DNA of 64,000 nt. Origin: Candidatus Kapaibacterium sp. Its GTDB lineage: Bacteria; Bacteroidota; Ignavibacteria; Kapaibacteriales; Kapaibacteriaceae. The translations under genes were made by a program, and so were the position numbers. Shown piece by piece: positions 48,063-57,787 of the stretch. The notes below the pieces were generated by a model. The model worked only from the letters and a program-made list of their open reading frames with translations, was not told the DNA's origin and did no database searches. The DNA lies in the NCBI GenBank assembly GCA_022842685.1, contig JALHPC010000001.1, forward strand, positions 10,905-74,904, given 5' to 3'. Positions within the stretch are counted from its first letter, which is position 1. Each line of letters opens with the position of its first letter.

Positions 48063-49586
48063 ATGGCTCGCACTGCTAGCGACGGGTTATTCCGGCTGAT
48101 TCACTCGCTCAACCGAACCGAGAAGGGCTACGTAAAGCGTTACTGTTCACGCCACGTTGTTGGCGATGGCAACGACTACCTGCGATTGTTCGATATCATC
48201 GACAGCCAAGAGCAGTACAACGAGGCACTCGTAAAATCCAAGCTGGCAGACACTGCCATGGCGCGCCGACTCTCGGCCGTGAAGAACTACCTCTATCAGC
48301 AAATCCTCGAGGCCATGCGCTCGTATCACGCATCGTCCTCGCACGAACGCCAAATCGTCGAACTCCTTGAGGACGCCGACTTCTTATGGGAGAAAACGCT
48401 GTACGATCAAGCCATGCGACGCGTGATTCGCGCTCGAGAGCTTGCGATTGCTCATGACGAATATCCCTTCTGGCTTAAGACACTGTCGTGGGAGAAGAAC
48501 TATCGCCACGTGGTACTCGACGAGCCAGCGACTGATGGTGCCGAGGACGCGCTAAGCGTCGAACAGCGCCGTGTTCTCGAGCTGTTGCGCAACACGATCG
48601 ACTATGAAAACCTAGGGAATACGTTTCACGACAACCTCATCCGATCGACCAAGGGAGATGTCGCTGCAAGAGACTGGCTTAAGCGTCTTCCGACTCACGA
48701 TCTACTGCAGTCGCCCGCGACAGCTATGGCACGACCAGCCAAGCTGAATTACCACTTGATCCTCTCGAACTGGTGGTCGTTCGTTGGCAACGATCCAGAC
48801 CGTTCTGTCGGTCATACCCAGGCACTGGTCGACCTGATGATGTCCGACGACGAGCTTCGCAATGCTCGCCCTGATACCTTCCTTGGCATCCTTTACAACC
48901 ATGCCGTTGCGAATGCAAGCGAACAGCGCAGCCAGCAGTTCGCCGCAACGATGTCGCTGCTATGGGATGAAGACCATGGCCATCCCTCTCGCAACATCGA
49001 GGTAAAACGCTACTATCGCGCCGTCAATGCCGAGTGCACCTATGCGCTGCATACCGGCGACCATAGTAGGATCCTCGACCGCATGGCGTTCATACGTGAG
49101 AAGTTCGATGGATGTAGCGAGTTCATACCGCCACAGTCGCGCGTTGCGCTGTGCTTCATGTGTGGCCGAATTGCCCACGAACATCGGCGCAATCGGGAGT
49201 CGGACTGGTGGTTCCGACGTCTTTCAATGTGCGACGATTCGATTCGCCCCGACTTGCACGCAGCAGCTAGAATGCTACAACTGCAACGCGCTATGATGGA
49301 CCGCGATGTCGACTATGTGCGGCCTGCCGTTCGAACCCTACGGCGCTTCCTACAGTCCTACAACCTTACATCAACACGCACCGACGCGATTCTGTCGTTG
49401 TTCCGTCGTTATGCTGAGTCGCACGGACTTTCTAGCGCTCGACTTATCGCCGATACGGCACGCCGCCTAGCCGGAACGTCGCCGTCATCATCGTTCGACC
49501 CTGTAAGCAACAGCGGAATCGACGCATGGATTCTTGCGTCGCGACCCTCGACAGCAAAAACGCTGCAGCCGGCCTTCAATATCTGA
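48063..49586 (+). CDS. Hypothetical cytoplasmic, predicted all-helical protein
   Basis: 507 aa from ATG 48063 (the track start 48027 is a TTG). No signal peptide, TM segment or catalytic motif recognised. Its 3' end overlaps the gluQ 3' end by 11 nt (convergent). Confidence 0.65.
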   Translation: MARTASDGLFRLIHSLNRTEKGYVKRYCSRHVVGDGNDYLRLFDIIDSQEQYNEALVKSKLADTAMARRLSAVKNYLYQQILEAMRSYHASSSHERQIVELLEDADFLWEKTLYDQAMRRVIRARELAIAHDEYPFWLKTLSWEKNYRHVVLDEPATDGAEDALSVEQRRVLELLRNTIDYENLGNTFHDNLIRSTKGDVAARDWLKRLPTHDLLQSPATAMARPAKLNYHLILSNWWSFVGNDPDRSVGHTQALVDLMMSDDELRNARPDTFLGILYNHAVANASEQRSQQFAATMSLLWDEDHGHPSRNIEVKRYYRAVNAECTYALHTGDHSRILDRMAFIREKFDGCSEFIPPQSRVALCFMCGRIAHEHRRNRESDWWFRRLSMCDDSIRPDLHAAARMLQLQRAMMDRDVDYVRPAVRTLRRFLQSYNLTSTRTDAILSLFRRYAESHGLSSARLIADTARRLAGTSPSSSFDPVSNSGIDAWILASRPSTAKTLQPAFNI

Positions 49587-50400
49587 TTACCGATGGCAAG
49601 TCGTGGACACTGGCTACGAGCGGGCAGCCGTGCAGGCGTGAGACAGCTTCGAGCACAACGCCAAGCCCTTCACTCGTTTCCCGCAGGTGCCGCACATCGG
49701 TAGCGCCACGCGATTTCGAGAGCTTCTCACCACGCTCGTCGCATATCAGCCGATGATGTACAATCTCAACATCGACGAACTGCGCTAAGCCTGGCACTCG
49801 ACAAGCAATCTGCCGCTGTACGAGCGACGACGGCTCTAGATCGGCACCACGAAGAATCCACGTGATGTCCATCGAAACGTCATCGACAAGACTGGCGATA
49901 TGATACGCCGGCAGCCCGTTTTTAAGGCGAACAACAGGGAACGGCAACTGCGCCACGCTATCGTCGAGCAACCTCAACGATACGTCCGTAGCATCAAGAG
50001 AAATACGTCGATCTCTACATGTGCCCGGATAGACTCCGCTGCTTCCTGCCAATGCTATTTCGCGGCGCGTACAGCCGCAGGCAAACAGTGCCCCTTGATC
50101 GACGAGTGTTTGGAGCACAGCGTCATAGGCCGCTCGCCTATACTGCTGCGACCACGCTTGCTCTACTTCTAGAACCGACGAAGGGCCAGCGTCGATGTCG
50201 ATTCCCAGCCAGTCTATCGTTCGAAAGATGTCTTCGAGGTATTCTACCTGCGACATCTGCGGGTCGAGGTCGTCGATGCGAAGTGTAACATGCCCGCCCA
50301 CTGCACGAGCGTGCGCCCATACCATAAGGGCATTTACCACATTCCCGATGTGAAGATAGCCCGAAGGCGTGGGGGCGATGCGCGTGCGAAGCATCTTCAT
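49576..50400 (-). CDS. gluQ: Glutamyl-Q tRNA(Asp) synthetase (truncated GluRS paralog)
   Basis: 274 aa with no anticodon-binding domain. Class-I HIGH as PSGYLHIGNV; zinc knuckle CGCTRREIALAGSSGVYPGTC; KMSKS-like KLSKSRG. Confidence 0.85.
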   Translation of the reverse strand: MKMLRTRIAPTPSGYLHIGNVVNALMVWAHARAVGGHVTLRIDDLDPQMSQVEYLEDIFRTIDWLGIDIDAGPSSVLEVEQAWSQQYRRAAYDAVLQTLVDQGALFACGCTRREIALAGSSGVYPGTCRDRRISLDATDVSLRLLDDSVAQLPFPVVRLKNGLPAYHIASLVDDVSMDITWILRGADLEPSSLVQRQIACRVPGLAQFVDVEIVHHRLICDERGEKLSKSRGATDVRHLRETSEGLGVVLEAVSRLHGCPLVASVHDLPSVIRY

Positions 50401-50442
50401 ACAGCGTAAAGATACAACGCGAAATCGCCCCCACGAGAATTC

Positions 50443-52716
50443 CTACTCGCCTATGCGAAGCACCGCTTGACGGCGCACACCCTGCGCATCGCTCACCTCG
50501 ACTTGATACAAACCAGGCGCCCATTCATGGGCCGCTAAGACGATGTCTAACCCGCCGCCATCACAGTACAAACGCTCGCGTGCCACAACGCCACCTTGCA
50601 GGTCTAGCACACGAAGCCACACCCAGCCCGAAGCCTGAGCATCCTTCACGTTCATCGACGCACGTACAGGATTGGGATACACCAGCAAACTCTTGGCAGC
50701 ACGCTCATCTACGGACGTTGGGTCGGACGGGCGTACATTCGCCACCAGCACTGCTCGGCTCGTCCACGTGCGCCCATCATCGAACACCCATGGCACGTCG
50801 CACCTGCTAACCACCAACCCCGACTCCATCGGAGCGCACTCTACATCCATGCGATACTTCGTCCACTCGCCTTCCCGTACTGCCTCGGCATCAACCAATC
50901 TGAAGGGGGCGTCGAAAGCAACCTCGGCGTCAGCCGTTGCGTGCCTATACCATTCGGCTGACGTATGATACACTGAGTGCCGACTCGCACTGTTCTGCAC
51001 AACTCCAGGCATCGACACTATATCCTGCCAGCTTCTCATCCGAACGTATCCAACAATCGGCACACGTACCACGCACGTATCTGTCTCGATCACCATCGTT
51101 GAGCGGTAGACTCCAGGAGCAAATCCAGCGAATCGCACCATACATCCAAACGACTCTTGCGACTCTAGATCGTATGGCAATGACTCTGGATCTGCAATGT
51201 GGAATGCCACATTATCACCGCCCTCGAAGCGAATCGACCGAACAACCCGTTGCGAACCGGTCGTGTTCACGAATAGCTCCCCACTATAAATGTCCTCGCC
51301 CAATGGACTAAACGACTCATACAGTACCGATACCGGCGCAACTTGCGCCATGCACGATTGGTGCTGTTCTTGAACAGCCGTTGCGCTGGTGTGTACAACG
51401 GCTGTATTGCCATCGCTCATGGTAATCACCACGGCCGACCATTGGTCGCCGCTCTCAATCGGTTCAAACTGCAGATGAAGGTCCAATGCCTGGCCTGGCA
51501 GGAGGGTCGTACCAACGGGATTGACGAGGAGCGACAGACTGCGGCCGCCCGCAATGCGAGCCTGGCGGACGAATAGTGGCGAGGCGCTAGAATTCACAAC
51601 GACTCGCTCGAGCAACGTATCTCGAACCGTTCGCGCAGTGCCAAACTCGACGTGCCGAACGAGGCGCTCAATGCTGGCCGGTACAACGGGCTCGTACCAA
51701 CGAGTCCACACTCGGCCACTGTCGCCCACCATCACGATGTGATTCGCCGTAGCCGCAACCGATGTTAGGCCAAAGAAGCCATCTTCGACGTCGGCAATGT
51801 TCCACGATCGTCCAGAGTCGGCACTCAGGAACGTCGTCGTAAACACCATTACATCTTCGCCCGACACGTCGGGGGTCATACGAACGCCCGAGGCAATGTA
51901 AGAATCACTCGACAATGCTTGCAGCGAGCCCACCATCGACAAGTCGGACTCTGATTCGAACTGCCACGTCAGACCGTCGTTTGTCGACCGTAGGATGCCA
52001 CCATTGGTCAACGTTGTGATTCCCGCGGCAACAAGGTCGTTGCCCACCGCAGCGATGGTTGTAAGCAGTTCGAAGCCAGAAGCGTCTGACACTTTGTTCC
52101 ACGACGAGCCGCCATCGGTTGTGCGGTAGACCACGCCGGAGCTCGTACCGCCGGGCGCAACCTCGGCGCCGACGATGAAGCCCAGCGTTGGCGAAACGAA
52201 CCTCATGCCAACGACAGTAACGTCGCCGCCTAGCCACGCCACGCGTTCGAACGAGTCGCCATTGTTGGTAGAGCGCATGATGCGCACACGTTGCTCCGCC
52301 GAGTCGCGCCCTGCAATGAGAACGACGTTCTTATCGGAGTATGCAACGGCAGCCCACCCAGTAGAGCGAGCCGGCTGCTGTAAAGCGAGCGGCCCAAAGA
52401 TCATGCCACTAGCTACCGTACCATCGTCGGCCACGGCCACAACGGCTCCATCGCTATTAGCATCAACGGCAAGAAAGGCAACGTTGGCACTTGCAGTGCC
52501 GCTATGTTGCGACCACGTTCGGCCGTTATTCGAACTGCGGAGCATGGCTCCGTTGCCCCCTACCGCAACAAACGTGGAAGGAGGAACAGCTACCACGGCC
52601 CGGAGGTCGGCAGCACTATTGATATCAACCCGATACCACCTGCCGGGTATCTGAGCGTGAATGGCCGAAGTCCATAGATAACTTACGGCAAGAACAATGA
52701 GGGTATAGGATTTCAT
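50443..52716 (-). CDS. Secreted BNR/Asp-box beta-propeller protein with Ig-like domains and T9SS C-terminal domain
   Basis: ATG 52716 gives the signal peptide MKSYTLIVLAVSYLWTSAIHAQ (track start 52740 is a TTG). Asp boxes SSNNGRTW, STNNGDSF, TTDGGSSW, STNDGLTW, SADSGRSW. Tail LLVYPNPVRASMNV...GLYQVEVSD. Confidence 0.8.
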   Translation of the reverse strand: MKSYTLIVLAVSYLWTSAIHAQIPGRWYRVDINSAADLRAVVAVPPSTFVAVGGNGAMLRSSNNGRTWSQHSGTASANVAFLAVDANSDGAVVAVADDGTVASGMIFGPLALQQPARSTGWAAVAYSDKNVVLIAGRDSAEQRVRIMRSTNNGDSFERVAWLGGDVTVVGMRFVSPTLGFIVGAEVAPGGTSSGVVYRTTDGGSSWNKVSDASGFELLTTIAAVGNDLVAAGITTLTNGGILRSTNDGLTWQFESESDLSMVGSLQALSSDSYIASGVRMTPDVSGEDVMVFTTTFLSADSGRSWNIADVEDGFFGLTSVAATANHIVMVGDSGRVWTRWYEPVVPASIERLVRHVEFGTARTVRDTLLERVVVNSSASPLFVRQARIAGGRSLSLLVNPVGTTLLPGQALDLHLQFEPIESGDQWSAVVITMSDGNTAVVHTSATAVQEQHQSCMAQVAPVSVLYESFSPLGEDIYSGELFVNTTGSQRVVRSIRFEGGDNVAFHIADPESLPYDLESQESFGCMVRFAGFAPGVYRSTMVIETDTCVVRVPIVGYVRMRSWQDIVSMPGVVQNSASRHSVYHTSAEWYRHATADAEVAFDAPFRLVDAEAVREGEWTKYRMDVECAPMESGLVVSRCDVPWVFDDGRTWTSRAVLVANVRPSDPTSVDERAAKSLLVYPNPVRASMNVKDAQASGWVWLRVLDLQGGVVARERLYCDGGGLDIVLAAHEWAPGLYQVEVSDAQGVRRQAVLRIGE

Positions 52717-52861
52717 TGCAGTGAGTGATTGGTTCCACAACGTGATGTGCCCTTAGAACGCAGGCAACGCCCATCTGTTCGTACCAATCTTGGCCATTCT
52801 TTCGGTGTCGAACGACACAGTCGTTCACACTACATTTCGCCACCCCGACCATTTCCACTGA

Positions 52862-52909
52862 AGTAAAAACAACAAGGCCTTGAATCCCACAACAAGGATT
52901 CAAGGCCTG
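52862..52909 (-). terminator. Rho-independent terminator after the second EF-G gene
   Basis: 14-15-bp inverted repeat CAAGGCCTTGAATCC (52873-52887) / GGATTCAAGGCCTG (52896-52909), loop of 8 nt, followed on the minus strand by TTGTTTTTAC. Confidence 0.75.
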
Positions 52910-52935
52910 TAATTTACTCGAGTAAGACGGGTGTA

Positions 52936-55029
52936 CTACCTACCTTCAGCTCGCTTCTTTTGCCATTCCTTTACCATCTCTTCTTGAATGTTACGGGGCA
53001 CCGGCTGATACTTGGCAAACTCCATCGAGAATTCACCCTTGCCCTGCGTTACCGAACGAATGTCGGTTGAGTATCCGAACATCTCAGAAAGCGGTACTTC
53101 GGATTCAACGGTCACGTAGCCCATGTCGTTTTCCGTGCCCATGATAACGCCACGGCGCTGGTTGATTTGACCGATAACCACGCCTTGGAATTCTTCTGGT
53201 GCCGACACTTCGAGCTTCATGATTGGCTCGAGAATGATTGGCCGTGCAGCCGAATACGCTTCGCGGAACGCCATGAGTGCCGCGGTTTTGAACGCCATTT
53301 CGGACGAGTCGACGGGGTGTGTTGCACCGTCGTTAATCACGACGCGAGTGCGCACGACGGGCTGGCCAATGAGAGAGCCCTCTTGAATGGCTTCCTTGAA
53401 TCCCTTGTCGCAAGCAGGAATGTATTCACGAGGAATCACGCCGCCTACGATGTCGTCGACAAACTCGTAGTTCTCTACAGCGTCATCCGGAAGCGGTTCG
53501 ATGTATCCACCTACACGACCAAACTGACCAGAACCACCGGTTTGCTTCTTGTGAGTGTAGTTGAATTCGGCGCGCTGCGAAATCGCTTCGCGGAAGGCAA
53601 CCTTCGGCCGACCAACGGTAATTTCGGTGTTGTATTCACGGCGGATGCGCTCGATATAAATTTCGAGGTGCAACTCGCCCATGCCCTTGATGATGGTCTC
53701 GCCTGACTCCTCGTCGCGCATCACGCGGAAGGTAGGATCTTCCTTGGTAAAGCGGTTGAGTGCCTTCGAGAAGTTTACTTGTCCGGCCTTGTCCTTTGGC
53801 GCAACAGCCAACTCGATAACTGGCTCGGGAACGAACATCGACGTCATGGTAACGCGGATGTTATTGTCGGTAAACGTATCACCGCTAGCGCAGTCCACAC
53901 CAAAAAGTGCCACGATATCACCTGCCTGTGCAGCTTCGATGTCGTGCATTTCGTTGGAGTGCATGCGCACGAGGCGCGGGACCTTGACCTTCTTGTTGTT
54001 GGCAATGTTTGTGATGGAGTCGCCCTTGTTCACCGTACCTTGATAGACACGCATGTACGTGAGCTGACCATAGCGACCATCCTCGAGCTTAAAGGCAAGC
54101 ATAACGAGTGGCTTTGAAGGGTCGCTGGAAAGAACAAGCTTCTGCTCGTTGTTGTCTTGGTCGAGCGCCTCGTTTGTAACCTCCGAAGGGTTGGGCAGGA
54201 AGTTAATAACGCCGTCGAGCAACGTCTGCACTCCCTTGTTCTTATAGGCCGAGCCGCAGAACACGGGCGTCATCTTCATCGTGAGGGTTCCCTTACGGAT
54301 GGCGGCAATCAGCTCGTCGCGAGACGGCTGCTCGTCCATCAAGAACTTCTCCATCAACGAGTCATCAAAGTCAGCGGCAACTTCGATAAGACGGTGACGG
54401 AGCTCCTTGGCTTTATCCATCAGCTCGGCTGGGATGTCTGCCAAACGAATCTCGGATCCGCCTTCACCTTCGAAGTACACTGCGTTCATGTCAACAAGGT
54501 TGATGACACCCTTGAGGTTATCCTCGAGGCCAATCGGGAACGTAACGAAGGCTGGGTTGTGCGACAGCTTTTCGCGAAGCTGATCGGCAACGCGCTCGGG
54601 GTTAGCACCGGAACGGTCGCACTTGTTGATGAAGGCCAAGCGTGGCACGTTGTAACGGCGCATTTGGCGGTCGACCGTGATCGACTGCGACTGCACGCCG
54701 GCAACAGAGCACAACACAAGAACAGCGCCGTCGAGAACGCGCAAAGCGCGCTCAACCTCTACGGTGAAGTCCACGTGGCCTGGAGTATCAATCAGGTTGA
54801 TGTTGTAGTCGCCCCACGTGGTGTACGTAGCAGCCGACTGGATGGTAATGCCCTTTTCGCGTTCGAGGTCCATCGAGTCCATCTTGGCACCAACGCCGTC
54901 CTTGCCACGCACTTCGTGAATGGCGTGGATCTTGCCAGTGTAGTACAGGATGCGCTCGGAGAGCGTAGTTTTGCCCGAGTCGATGTGGGCCGAGATCCCA
55001 ATGTTCCGGATCTTCGAAATGTCTGCCAT
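52936..55029 (-). CDS. Second elongation factor G paralog, mitochondrial EF-G1-like subfamily
   Basis: ATG 55029 ([69 protein letters not shown]...), 697 aa. The HEV(K/R)GKDGVGA-MDSM-LER block is what I recall for mtEF-G1 and spirochaete/planctomycete EF-G1. The track ORF has a spurious 49-codon 5' extension. Confidence 0.9.
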   Translation of the reverse strand: MADISKIRNIGISAHIDSGKTTLSERILYYTGKIHAIHEVRGKDGVGAKMDSMDLEREKGITIQSAATYTTWGDYNINLIDTPGHVDFTVEVERALRVLDGAVLVLCSVAGVQSQSITVDRQMRRYNVPRLAFINKCDRSGANPERVADQLREKLSHNPAFVTFPIGLEDNLKGVINLVDMNAVYFEGEGGSEIRLADIPAELMDKAKELRHRLIEVAADFDDSLMEKFLMDEQPSRDELIAAIRKGTLTMKMTPVFCGSAYKNKGVQTLLDGVINFLPNPSEVTNEALDQDNNEQKLVLSSDPSKPLVMLAFKLEDGRYGQLTYMRVYQGTVNKGDSITNIANNKKVKVPRLVRMHSNEMHDIEAAQAGDIVALFGVDCASGDTFTDNNIRVTMTSMFVPEPVIELAVAPKDKAGQVNFSKALNRFTKEDPTFRVMRDEESGETIIKGMGELHLEIYIERIRREYNTEITVGRPKVAFREAISQRAEFNYTHKKQTGGSGQFGRVGGYIEPLPDDAVENYEFVDDIVGGVIPREYIPACDKGFKEAIQEGSLIGQPVVRTRVVINDGATHPVDSSEMAFKTAALMAFREAYSAARPIILEPIMKLEVSAPEEFQGVVIGQINQRRGVIMGTENDMGYVTVESEVPLSEMFGYSTDIRSVTQGKGEFSMEFAKYQPVPRNIQEEMVKEWQKKRAEGR

Positions 55030-55120
55030 ACGCGTAGATGAGAAATGTGAACGACGAGCTCTAACCAAGAGCAAAGCCCGGCGGCCAGCCGTTAAACGGC
55101 GCAGGCGTCGGGCAAGACCA

Positions 55121-55149
55121 CAAAGATACGGAAAAGTTCTGTTGGCAAA
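55121..55149 (-). promoter_or_regulatory. Candidate promoter of the second EF-G gene (TTTG-N17-TATCTTTG)
   Basis: Minus strand: TTTG (55149..55146), 17 nt, TATCTTTG (55128..55121), about 92 nt upstream of ATG 55029. Confidence 0.45.
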
Positions 55150-55202
55150 TGTGCAAGCGTTATACCAATGCCGCACAAGCGGGCTAACCCCTGAGCCCCG
55201 TC

Positions 55203-56438
55203 CTATTCACCGATTTTCAGTCGCCGTAGCGCTGGCGCCTTCCAGGCCACCACGGCTACAACTACCAACGTCATGGCTGCACCAAACATCACGCTGGGCA
55301 CGGCCCCCATTAACCTGGCAGCAACGCCGCTTTCCACCGCTCCTAGCTCGTTACTACTCGAGATGAACATGGTGTTGGCCGCTGCTACCCGGCCCCGCAT
55401 GTGATCGGGCGTGTACAACTGCAAAATGGTGTGACGCGTAACGACGCTTACACTGTCGCACATGCCGGCAAAGGCCAACGTCGCAACACTTAGCCAAAAC
55501 ACCGTGCTTATGCCAAACGCCATCATGGCAAGACCAAATCCAACGAAAGCCAGGATGAGATTGCGCCCAGCGTTAGCACTTGGAGGTCGCCAGGCGAGGA
55601 ACAACATCATAACAACGCTTCCAGCCGACATTGCCGCCCGAAGCATGCCGAAGCCCCGTTCATCAACGTGTAAGATAGTATCGGCATAGACGGGCAAGAT
55701 GGCCGTGACGCCACCAAACAAGACGGCAAACAAGTCAAGACTTAGCGCACCAACCACGATGGGCGTGGACAGGATAAATCGCATGCCCTGGGTAACATCG
55801 GCAAGCATCGAACCCGTGCGCTGTCGCTCGATTGGCGGCTTGGCCGCAATCTGCCATGCACCAATGCTTCCCACAACCATGAGCGATACGCAGGTTATGG
55901 CTGCCACCGTTGCCCCACCCGATCCGTAATAGATAAGACTGGCCACAAGTGGGCCGGTTATCATGGCGGCCTGCCAGACTGTGCTACCTACGGCCGTTGC
56001 ACGAGGAATGAGATCTTTGGGCACGATAACGGCTAGGATGCTAAACATGGCAGGGCCATACATGGTACGTGCTGTACCATTGATCATGACCATCGAAAGC
56101 ATCGACCACAAAAGAGCAGTAGGGCCCAAAATGTCCAGCGCCGCAGGTGTGGTTAACCAAGCTGTTACGGCAGCGCTGCAGACAATGGCAAATGAAGCTA
56201 TGCGAAGTGTTGTTCGCTTGTCCATCTTATCTACCAAGTAGCCCATAGGCAGCGCTGCACTCAACGCCGGCACTGCCTCGGCAGCCCCCAACAATGCAAG
56301 TATCAATGGGTCGCGCGTAAGCGTGTAGATGTACCATGCCACAACAACGGCCTGCATGTGCCAGCCCATTGCAACAAAGAATCGCAATTGGAGATACGGC
56401 TTGTACTCAGGCAGTGCCAACAGAGCACGAAGCGTCAT
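55203..56438 (-). CDS. MFS transporter
   Basis: ATG 56438 ([21 protein letters not shown]...) overlaps the upstream TGA (ATGA). About 12 hydrophobic segments, ~411 aa. Confidence 0.85.
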   Translation of the reverse strand: MTLRALLALPEYKPYLQLRFFVAMGWHMQAVVVAWYIYTLTRDPLILALLGAAEAVPALSAALPMGYLVDKMDKRTTLRIASFAIVCSAAVTAWLTTPAALDILGPTALLWSMLSMVMINGTARTMYGPAMFSILAVIVPKDLIPRATAVGSTVWQAAMITGPLVASLIYYGSGGATVAAITCVSLMVVGSIGAWQIAAKPPIERQRTGSMLADVTQGMRFILSTPIVVGALSLDLFAVLFGGVTAILPVYADTILHVDERGFGMLRAAMSAGSVVMMLFLAWRPPSANAGRNLILAFVGFGLAMMAFGISTVFWLSVATLAFAGMCDSVSVVTRHTILQLYTPDHMRGRVAAANTMFISSSNELGAVESGVAARLMGAVPSVMFGAAMTLVVVAVVAWKAPALRRLKIGE

Positions 56439-57784
56439 GCGGGGCTTCCCCCACGACGCTTGTCCCATCCATCAACGACAAGACTTACTACGGCATCGCC
56501 AGACACATTTACCACGGTGCGGCACATATCCAAGATGCGGTCGACAGGAATGATGACGGCAATCCAAGCAGGGTCCAACCCTACACTTTGCATCACCAAC
56601 ACAAGCGTCACCAAACCAGCGCTGGGCACAGCCGCTGCACCTATCGATGCAAGCGAGGCAGTTAGAACAATCACAAGTTGCTGCTGCAACGTGAGGTCGA
56701 CCATGTGAAACTGCGCCAAGAACACCACGGCAACGGCTTGATACAAGCTCGTCCCATCCATATTGATGGTAGCGCCGATAGGCAGCACAAATCCAGCCAC
56801 CCGCTCGCTTACACCCAGGTTGTTCTGAACACAGTCTATCGTTGCTGGCAGCGTGGCTGCACTCGACGACGTACTAAATGCCAACGCCTGTGCCGGACCC
56901 ATTCCACGAAACAACCAGCCGAGTTTTACCTTTGGTCGGAACAGCTTCACGATGCTGGGATAAACAACTCCTGCCATTATAAACAGCCCCAGCAACACTG
57001 TAGCACTATACCAGCTTAACCCCTCGAATACATGCAGAACTTTTGACACATCGTCGCCAGCAATGCTCGAGATGGTACCAGCCAGCAAACAAAACACAAA
57101 CAGTGGTGCGGCCCGCATCACAAGTGTCACGAGCGCTAGCAGTACATCATCTAGCGCTTCCAGAACATCGCGCAACGGCTGAACCCGCTGTACCGACACT
57201 AGCATCATCGCAATGCCAAAGAGGATTGATGCAGCAATAACCTGCAACATCGACGCCCCCGACAGAGCGGTAAAGATGTTCTCAGGAACGATGTCCACAA
57301 TCGGCTGCAGAGGTCCACTCTTCGCCATCGACGCTGCAGCCGAGATCTTCGACTCCAGCACGGTGCCTACGTTATCCGTTGGGCTTGCTGCACCCTCCGT
57401 CTGCCCCCTCCATGCGTCAAACCTCGCCCGATTCTCCATTCGCTGCTCATACTGCAAACGCTCGCCAGGGGCGATAACATTCACCAACACGAGTCCAACG
57501 CCAACGGCAAGTATTGTCGTGCTGATAAAAAGCAGCAGCGTACGTATCCCCAGAACGCCTAACGTGCGCACATCGTGCAAGCTGCACACACCCTTCACAA
57601 CGCTTACAGCTACAAGGGGCACCGCTATCATCTTGAGCAAGCGAAGAAAGATCTCGCCAAAGGGCGCGATCCAGTTCGAGGTAAACGTCGCCCACCCAAA
57701 GGATGCCGAAACCAATGCCCAAACAATGCCCAGAATAAGGGCAATGATGATGGACCAATGCGAGGCCAGCCGCTTTCGTGTCAT
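56435..57784 (-). CDS. Dicarboxylate/amino acid:cation symporter (DAACS/SLC1 family)
   Basis: 449 aa; ...FGEIFLRLLKMIAVPLVAVSVVKGV..., ...ATINMDGTSLYQAVAVVFLAQ..., ...GAAAVPSAGLVTLVLVMQSVGL... are typical GltP/SstT-like motifs. Starts 3 nt after the upstream stop. Confidence 0.85.
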   Translation of the reverse strand: MTRKRLASHWSIIIALILGIVWALVSASFGWATFTSNWIAPFGEIFLRLLKMIAVPLVAVSVVKGVCSLHDVRTLGVLGIRTLLLFISTTILAVGVGLVLVNVIAPGERLQYEQRMENRARFDAWRGQTEGAASPTDNVGTVLESKISAAASMAKSGPLQPIVDIVPENIFTALSGASMLQVIAASILFGIAMMLVSVQRVQPLRDVLEALDDVLLALVTLVMRAAPLFVFCLLAGTISSIAGDDVSKVLHVFEGLSWYSATVLLGLFIMAGVVYPSIVKLFRPKVKLGWLFRGMGPAQALAFSTSSSAATLPATIDCVQNNLGVSERVAGFVLPIGATINMDGTSLYQAVAVVFLAQFHMVDLTLQQQLVIVLTASLASIGAAAVPSAGLVTLVLVMQSVGLDPAWIAVIIPVDRILDMCRTVVNVSGDAVVSLVVDGWDKRRGGSPA

Positions 57785-57787
57785 TGA

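Noticed and set aside
54157-55041. 294-aa plus-strand ORF
   Set aside because: It is antisense to the GTPase domain of the second EF-G, so it is a shadow ORF.
55030-55176. 5' extension of the second EF-G ORF (similar extensions at 59795..60112, 61986..62060, 7872..7991 and 24882..24980)
   Set aside because: The extensions begin at upstream GTG, TTG or ATG codons inside promoters, terminators or neighbouring genes. Internal ATGs give canonical N-termini or signal peptides.
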